Below are positions 56,650-64,000 of a stretch of DNA of 64,000 nucleotides, piece after piece. The notes beneath the pieces are model-generated. The model was given only the letters and a program-made list of their open reading frames with translations. It was not told the origin of the DNA and made no database searches. Location of the stretch: the NCBI GenBank assembly GCA_964016885.1, contig OZ024742.1:234050001-234114000 (forward strand), written 5' to 3'. Origin of the DNA: Eledone cirrhosa. Lineage: Eukaryota. The position numbers and the translations under genes are program-made. Within the stretch, counting starts at the first letter, position 1. Every line of letters starts with the position of its first letter.

Positions 56650-57944
56650 TTCTTAGAGAAGAATAAGCCACTATACTTAGCTTTTGTTGACCTAGAGAAG
56701 GCCTTTGATAGGGTACCCCGATCTGTCATCTGGTGGTCCCTAAGGAAACTAGGTGTTGAGGAATGGCTTGTGAGGACAGTGCAAACTTTGTACAGAGGTG
56801 CTGTCAGTAAAGTCAGGGTAGGAATGGAGTTTAGTGAGGAATTCCAGATACAAGTAGGAGTACATCAGGGTTCAGTCCTCAGCCCGCTCTTGTTCATTAT
56901 AGTCCTCCAAGCCATAACAGAGGAGTTTAAGACTGGCTGTCCATGGGAACTTCTCTATGCTGATGATCTGGTTCTTATAGCAGAATCAGTAGAGGAGCTA
57001 GAGAATAAATTCTGGCTATGGAAACAGCAGTTGGAATCAAGAGGACTGAGCGTGAACCTAGCTAAGACAAAAGTGTTGATGAGTAGAAAAGAGGACAAAA
57101 TTCTGATTTCGTCAGGGAAATGGCCATGTTCGATATGCTGAAAAGGAACTGGCATAAATTCTATAAAATGTACACAATGCAGATCTTGGGCACACAAGAG
57201 ATGTAGTGGGATAGCAGGCAAACTAACAGGTAGGGGGAGATACGTATGCAGTAGATCTACAGGGAAATTTGACAGTAGAAGTCGCATTGATAGACACATT
57301 TTTCTAATGCAGGTGGGTGCTATAGAAGTGGTTGATAGCTTCTGGTACCTAGGTGATCAGATTAGCATGGGAGGGGGGTGTTCCGAGACTATAGTATCTA
57401 GAATAAGGATGGGCTGGAAGAAGTTTAGGGAACTGCTTCCTCTGCTGACGAAGAAGGGTTTCTCCCTGTGTACGAAAGGCCAGTTATATGATGCCTGTGT
57501 GAGGAGCGCGATGCTGCATGGTAGTGAGACATGGACAGCAACTGCAGAGGATATGCGACGGCTGGAGAAAAATGAGGCAAACATGCTCCATTGGATGTGC
57601 AATGTCAATGTGCGTGAACGACCGAGCATGGATGATTTGAGAGAGAAACTGTGTCTGAGAGGGATAGAGTGTAGTGTGCAAGAGAGGAGACTACGATGGT
57701 ATGGACATGTGATGCACGTGGAGGATGACCAATGAAGAAGTGCCAAGAAATGTCAGTTGAAGGAAGACTAGTAGAGGTAGACCACGAAAAACATGGGCGG
57801 AGTTGGTGTGATCAGACCTCAGATCGCTGAAGCTCACGGTAGAGATGATGAAGGACCGTGACAAGTGGAGAGATGCTGTGCTGAATAGGACCCGCCCCAC
57901 CCTTGCAAGCAGGGAAAAGCGGACGTAAAATGATGATGATGATG
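56650..57944 (+). mobile_element. RTE LINE, 5'-truncated, best-preserved copy
   Basis: AFVDLEKAFDRVP..VGVHQGSVLSPLLF..LLYADDLVL..YLG..WYGHV..RGRPRKTW, complete 3' tail and (TGA)n; few stops. Confidence 0.95.
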
Positions 57945-58269
57945 TATATCCTACATGAAAGTGTTTACCATTTTGTAAATTTATTGCTTTGTTTTTTAAA
58001 GGACATGAATGATAAATAAATTGATTTCATATTTATTTGGGTTAATTTTTACTGTCATTTTTATAGGTATGTATTATATCCTGTCTCATTAGTTTGACAT
58101 ACACTGAAAGCAAATTATAAACTCATTATAAAAGTTTCTTTAATGTTGTCATCAATTTGATGACATTTTTTTTTTTACCGATTTTCAACAAAAATCTGTT
58201 CCATGGCGAAATTTGGTCCCCAAATAATATTTATATATTAAAGATGGAGTTTCATTATTGTATAAAAAT

Positions 58270-59375
58270 AAATAATTGTTTCTACTTTTGGCACAGGGCC
58301 AGCAATTACCCAGTGCATTACTGGTACTGTATAAAAATAAATAATGGTATCTGATTTAGGCACAAAGCCAACAATGTTTTAGTGGGGAACGAGGGGAAAG
58401 TCTATTAAATCGACCCCAGTGCATTACAGGTACTTTAGTTTATCGACTAGGTAAGGATGAATGATAAAGTTAACCTTGGCAGGATTTGAACTCAGATCGT
58501 AAAGGGACGTAACTCTATGCAGCAAAGCGTGTTGTCCGACGCTCTACCGATACCTCTAATCTACCACTTGGTATAAAAATAAATAATGGGTGGATGTTAT
58601 TGTTGGCAAATTATAGGGGTGGTGGATTGGCAGAATCGTTAAGAGTGTCAGGTAAAATGCTTTGTTGCATCTAATTACAGCACTTTACTTTCTGAGTTCA
58701 AATCCTGCTGAGGTTAACTTTACCTTTCATCCTTTCAGGGTTGATGAAATAAAACACCAGTTATATACTGGAGTTGATGCAATTGACTTTCCCTTTCTCG
58801 TTAACTGTTGGCCTTGTGCCTAAATTAGAAACCATTGTCGAGCAATATAGAGATTCTTTTAGTTATGCCAATGATGCTATTATCTTTTTTTACAAAAGTT
58901 TCTTTTAATATTTGTCAAGAAATATTAAGTCTCTTTATATTTTGAGTTCAAATCCTGCCAAGGTTGTGCATACCCTGCCACTTCCACCACAAGAAAAATA
59001 TCAAGGCCTTGTGTTATGTTAGAAACAAATATTTGACAGAAAATAACAAGTGTAAATTCTCCTAATTTTATGATTTGTTCAGTCCGAGTTACAAATATTT
59101 CTCAGAAACAACATTTTAAAGAATGGAATTTGGCTCTTTGCTTAATTTTTTCAAAGTAGTTAATATCAGACATTTATTATACCTGCCAAATATTCCAATC
59201 GTTGACAATCTAATATCATTCTAGTTATTAATGTATTTTATTATAAAGTTTAGGTTAGTTTAGTAGAATTGTTAGAGCATTGGATATTTATTCCATGACT
59301 ACATTCTAAGTTCAAATCCTGCCAAGGTCCACTTTGCCTTTTATCATTTTGGGGTTGATAAAGAAAGTACCTGTT
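58270..59375. mobile_element. Cluster of family A-related SINEs on both strands
   Basis: At least five B-box/core-bearing fragments (58270-58570 minus; 58619-58836, 58935-59030, 59260-59375 plus). Confidence 0.75.
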
Positions 59376-59599
59376 CTTTGCTGGTGTAGCCTTATTTCCT
59401 TCTTCTATCTGACACATTTTGGATGTTTTGTTGGATCAAAGGAGAGAGGGTCGAAATGGTGTCTGTGTCTGCTTGTGACATGGGCACTTAAAACACTTAG
59501 TAAAAGCATGGCATATACTATCAAATCATACTTGATTGTGAGTGACAGCTGTAGTTTTTATAGTGTATAAATTAATAAACATGAGAAAAAGCACTTAGT

Positions 59600-59866
59600 T
59601 CACACTGTAAAGTGGTCGTCTTGGTGATACAATAAAAAGTGCCCAATCCACACTGTAAATGGTCATTTTTGCGCCATGATGAAAAGCACCCAGTCCACAC
59701 TGTAACTGTGGTTGGTATTTAGAAGGGCATCCAGCCGTAGAAACCAAGCCAGAAACAGTTCTGTATGAGTAAAACATGGTCATCTGATCTGATTTGTTTC
59801 ACTACAAGACAACTTGACTACCCCATGCTAGCATGGAAAAATGGATGTTAAACAGTGATGATGATG
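59600..59866 (+). mobile_element. RTE-tailed SINE family B
   Basis: Body and tail match 1680-1917. Confidence 0.8.
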
Positions 59867-60454
59867 ACTACTGATTCAAAAACCTTCTACTCCTTGCTAT
59901 CTACTCTACAAGTATGTTGATTGTTAATAAATTCATTTTAACTAATATATATTTGAAAATAGTAACATTCTTATTTACAGATAAATGGTTGTTTTAAGGA
60001 ATCACATCCAGTTGTTAAAATGTAAAACACTTTCCCAAACAATTCCAGCATTTATTTAGTTTTGCAACCATTTTTGTAAGCTATGAAAAGGAAGGGGGTG
60101 TAAAATTCTGTTGGGAGTTAGTACAGGACAAAAAAAACTTCTACTGATGAATGTAATGTTTTTATTGTAGTGATTCTTTCTAGAGTGTTATATTCAAAGG
60201 AAATGAGTAATTTACTGACCCTCCAGTTAAACCTCCATGCAAGCATGAGTTATCTCCAGACTGTCAAATTTGCAGAGACAATCCCATCAACTATATATTT
60301 CCTGCATAGTCACAACAATTACTTTTCTGTTTTAGGTTTCCCTTTGACATTTTTGTTCAACACTACCAAGCAACATTGACCTATTTCTTTTTAGAATAAG
60401 AAATCAGAAGGTTTAATAATTATTATTTTTGTTGTTGATATTGTTGTTGTGTCG

Positions 60455-61350
60455 ATTGGCAGAGAAGAATCGTTAGAACATTGGATAAAATGATTTGCAG
60501 TATTTAATTACAGCTCTGTAATGCTCTGAATTCAAATCCTGGCCAAGGTCAACTTTGCCTTTCATCCTGATCAGGTCGATAAAATAAAGTACCAGTAATG
60601 CACTGGGGTCAATTAAATTGACATTCCCCACTCCAAAAATTGTTGGCTTTGTGGCTAAATCAGAAACCATTATTAATATTATTATTGGCAGTAGCAGTAG
60701 AGCATTTGGACAACATGGACAATATGCTTTGTAGCATATACTTATGGTCCTTTATGTTCTGAGTTCAAATCCTGCCCAGGTTAGCTTTTCCTTTCATCCT
60801 TACAGGGTCAATAAAATAAAGTACCAGTAATGCACTGTTGGTCTTATGCTTAAAATAAGAAGCCATTATTATTATTAGATTGGAGGAGGACAGTTGTGAG
60901 GGGGTATTTGCTCTAGTAGTCAAGCAGGTTGGTCATAGCTTTTTGTGGGCTTTCTCTTCAAATGACTCTCAGAAATCTCACTATTGGGGAATTTTTGTTT
61001 GTTTTAATTTTACATGTTTTTTGTTTCTATTATAATATGTTTTACACAGAAAATGCACATTGTATTGTTCAGTGCCATCTTAAAGTTTTTTTCATGTCAG
61101 CTCTGTGTGGCTAATAAAAAGATCAGGTGGGTTGGCAGTATCGGTAGAGCATTGGACAACTTGTTTTGCAATATATAGTTATGGCCTTTTACATTCTAAG
61201 TTCAATTCCTGCTGAGATTAGCTTTGCCTTTCATCTTTACAGGGTGGTTAAAATAAAGCATCAGTAATGCACTGGTGTCGATTTAATCAACTTTTCCCTT
61301 CCCTTCAAAATGTTGGCCTGGTAACAAAAATATAAACAATTATTATTATT
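60455..61350 (+). mobile_element. Three family A-related SINEs
   Basis: Copies at ~60455-60672, 60686-60875 and 61126-61350, each with B-box and (ATT)n tail. Confidence 0.8.
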
Positions 61351-62029
61351 GGAACAATTATGACAGAATATAAATAATGAGTAAACCTCAAGTACTGTCT
61401 ATTGAAAACACAAATTTGACTCTTTGAAATTCTTGAAATATTTAAAATTCAACAAAATTTGACAGACTTCATTTACTATTGAAGATTCACTTCTCTACAA
61501 TATTATTTTTGTCAGACTTCCATCATTTCTAGCAATAAGTGTTGTAGTTGATTCGTTCAACAAAAAGCCTGCTTGTGAAATTAATGTATAAGTGGCTGAG
61601 CATTCTAGAAACATGTGCACCCTTAACATAGTTCTCAGGGAGATTCAGTGTTACGCAATGTGTCAAATCTGGTCTTTGAATTACAGATACAACTTATTTT
61701 TGCTAGCTGAGTGGATTGGTGCAACGTGAAGTAAAGCATCTTGCTCAAGGACACAATGCACCACCTGATTCAGGAATTGAACTCATGACCTTATGATCAT
61801 GAGCTGAAGACCACCTGTAGTATGGTTTACTTTGACTCTGGGATACCAAGAAGTATTTTTTATGAGAATATGTAAAGTATAGATTAGAACATACGTCCTA
61901 CCCATGCTAGCGTGGAAAATGAATGTTAAACAATGTTGATGGTGAAGATGATGATGATGATCTCATTCACCACTTCCAGCATTGGAAGAAACCCATCACT
62001 TTCAAATTCACGAACGTTTAGAGGTCATT

Positions 62030-64000
62030 GTTTTAGGTGCCAGGGCGCGCACATGGCGAGAGACTGTAGAGAGTCAAGGCCAGACATGCTACTGGTGTAA
62101 GTGGCCATGGCCACATCACTACCAGTTGCGACTAGGGAAATGGTCCAAGGGGGGCTACTGCACCGGTAGCTACCCCTCGCGAGTAGAGATGCTGCCCATG
62201 GTGAAAGTCTTTGTGAGGGGAAAACCATTACGATCCCTCGTGGACAAGGGCTGTACGACGACACTAGTGACCATGGGGGTGGTGCAGAAGTGGAGAGGGA
62301 TGAGTAGCGTAAAGGCAGTCGACGGTAGGAAGATTGAATGTCGAGGTCGTAGCGAGGGGGAGATGGTGGTACGGGGAAAGAAAATAAGGCTTTCGGCCAT
62401 TGTGATCGACTGCGTGGTGGATGGAATCGGCGTAGTTATGGGCATGGACGCGATTGGCCATTTAGGAGGCGTCACAGTGAACGATGGCGGCGTGACGTTT
62501 GGCGGTGCCGCACCAGTATGCGCTGTGAGTACGCGACAGGAGAATGAGATGACTGACGAGGAAAAATATGCCGCTTACACTGTACAGGATAAGGACTTCA
62601 AGGCTGTGTTCAACGGGCAACGATTGGTTGTTGAGTGGTACTGGAAGGGAGAACCACCAACACTGAAGAACAAAGTGGGCTGCTATCAGCACACATTGAA
62701 AGGGGACATTAGGAGTGAGTTTGAGCGAGAGGTAGAGAGATGGATCAAGGAGGGCATACTGCTTCCCTGGAAAGAGGAGGTGAAGTGTGGGGTACTGCCG
62801 TTGATGGCGGTGGCACAACCCATGAAGAACAAGGTAAGACCGGTATTGGACTTTCAGGAGCTGAATGAGCACGTGTCATGCCACACGGGTGGCGAGGTCA
62901 CAGATGTCTGCGGGGAAACCCTGCGTGAGTGGAGACGTATGACGGGGGCTTCCACAATCGTCGATTTAAAGTGGGCATATCTACAGCTACACATAGATGA
63001 GAAGCTGTGGCAGTATCAGCTGGTCAGGTATAAAGGCCGGACATATTGCCTGACCAGGCTCAGCTTCGGGCTGAACTCTGCACCGAAGATCATGGCGCCG
63101 GTCCTCAAGACCATTCTGGAAAAGGCCGACAAGATGAAGAGGGTTACCAATTCCTACATTGACGACATCCTAGTGGACGAAACTGTAGTGTCAGCGGCGA
63201 AGGTCACGAGCCATTTACAAGGGTACGGATTTACCGCGAAGCCATTGGAGGCATTGGAGGGAGGAGCTCGCTGGGACTTAGGCTGCGAAGAGACAAAACG
63301 GGCACGTTAGTATTTTGGAGGGGAAATGAAGTCCCGGAACTGGGCCCAAATATGAATAGACGGGAACTCTTCTCGGCGTGTGGAAAATTGGTGGGTCACT
63401 ACCCAATCGCTGGGTGACTCCGGATGGCATGCAGCTATGTCAAGAGACGAGCGGAGAGGGTGACTTGGAGTGACAAAATGGGAGAGAGGACGGTGGCCAT
63501 GATGCAGGAGATTGTGGGGAGGGTGAAGGCCGACGACCCAGTGCGAGGACGCTGGTATGTCTCCGAATCGCAGAGCGGGACCGTATGGTGTGATGCCAGC
63601 AGCATAGCGTTAGGTGTCACATTGGAGATAGGAGGTGTTGAGGTCGAGGATGCAGCCTGGCTCAGGAAGAAGGATGATTGCAACCACATCAATGTGGCCG
63701 AGCTAGATGCAGTGTTGAGAGGGGTGAACCTCGCCTTGAGGTGGGGACTGCAGCCATTGAGATTCGCACCGACTCGTCTACTGTACTCGGATGGGTGAGA
63801 TCAGTGCTTACCAGCGAGAAGAGAGTGCGAACGAGAGGGGCGGCAGAGATGCTGATAAAGCTCCGCCTGGGAACTCTAGGAGAGCTGGCTGCCAAGTTCA
63901 ACCTGAGGTTGAGTGTGGTCTACGTGCCCTCAGAGAAAAATAGAGCAGACGTTCTAACCAGGATGAAGAAAGCCTGGATGGAAGCGCCGGAGGATGTAGA
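62030..64000 (+). mobile_element. Ty3/Gypsy-type LTR retrotransposon pol (protease-RT-RNase H), decayed, runs off the window
   Basis: Protease LVDKGC (DTG altered), RPVLDFQELN, DLKWAYLQ, YCLTRLSFGLNSAP, SYIDDI, RNase H WCDASS / INVAELDAV / NRADVLT; frameshifts near 63280 and 63750, stop near 63415; no 5' LTR visible. Confidence 0.9.

Noticed and set aside
60227-60310. Possible plus-strand terminal exon KPPCKHELSPDCQICRDNPINYIFPA*
   Set aside because: Short, weak polypyrimidine tract, no recognised family.

Overview
AT-rich, repeat-dominated animal genomic DNA, probably octopus or another cephalopod (inferred from the SINE/RTE repeat families, not verified). No intact host protein-coding gene can be supported; most long ORF-track entries are (TA/CA)n translations. 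Recognisable content: a 5'-truncated Neptune-like Penelope element (RT + GIY-YIG, 15.9-19.1 kb), several decayed RTE LINE fragments with partner SINEs, CRE-like and pogo/Tigger fragments, piggyBac-type (TTAA) and hAT-type MITEs, a decaying Gypsy-type pol at the right edge, a 5.4-kb duplicated TA/CA microsatellite block and a candidate bidirectional promoter near 41.3-42.0 kb. The most striking signal is about 11 type I hammerhead-ribozyme motifs (intact, degenerate or half) in short Penelope-terminus/retrozyme-like modules, most sitting in (TA)n arrays. Different modules share features without sharing sequence: a long hairpin upstream of the ribozyme, a TTGAGTRC motif downstream, and 5' fold-back copies that in four cases begin inside ribozyme stem/loop II. 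All folds were read by eye and need computational and biochemical confirmation.
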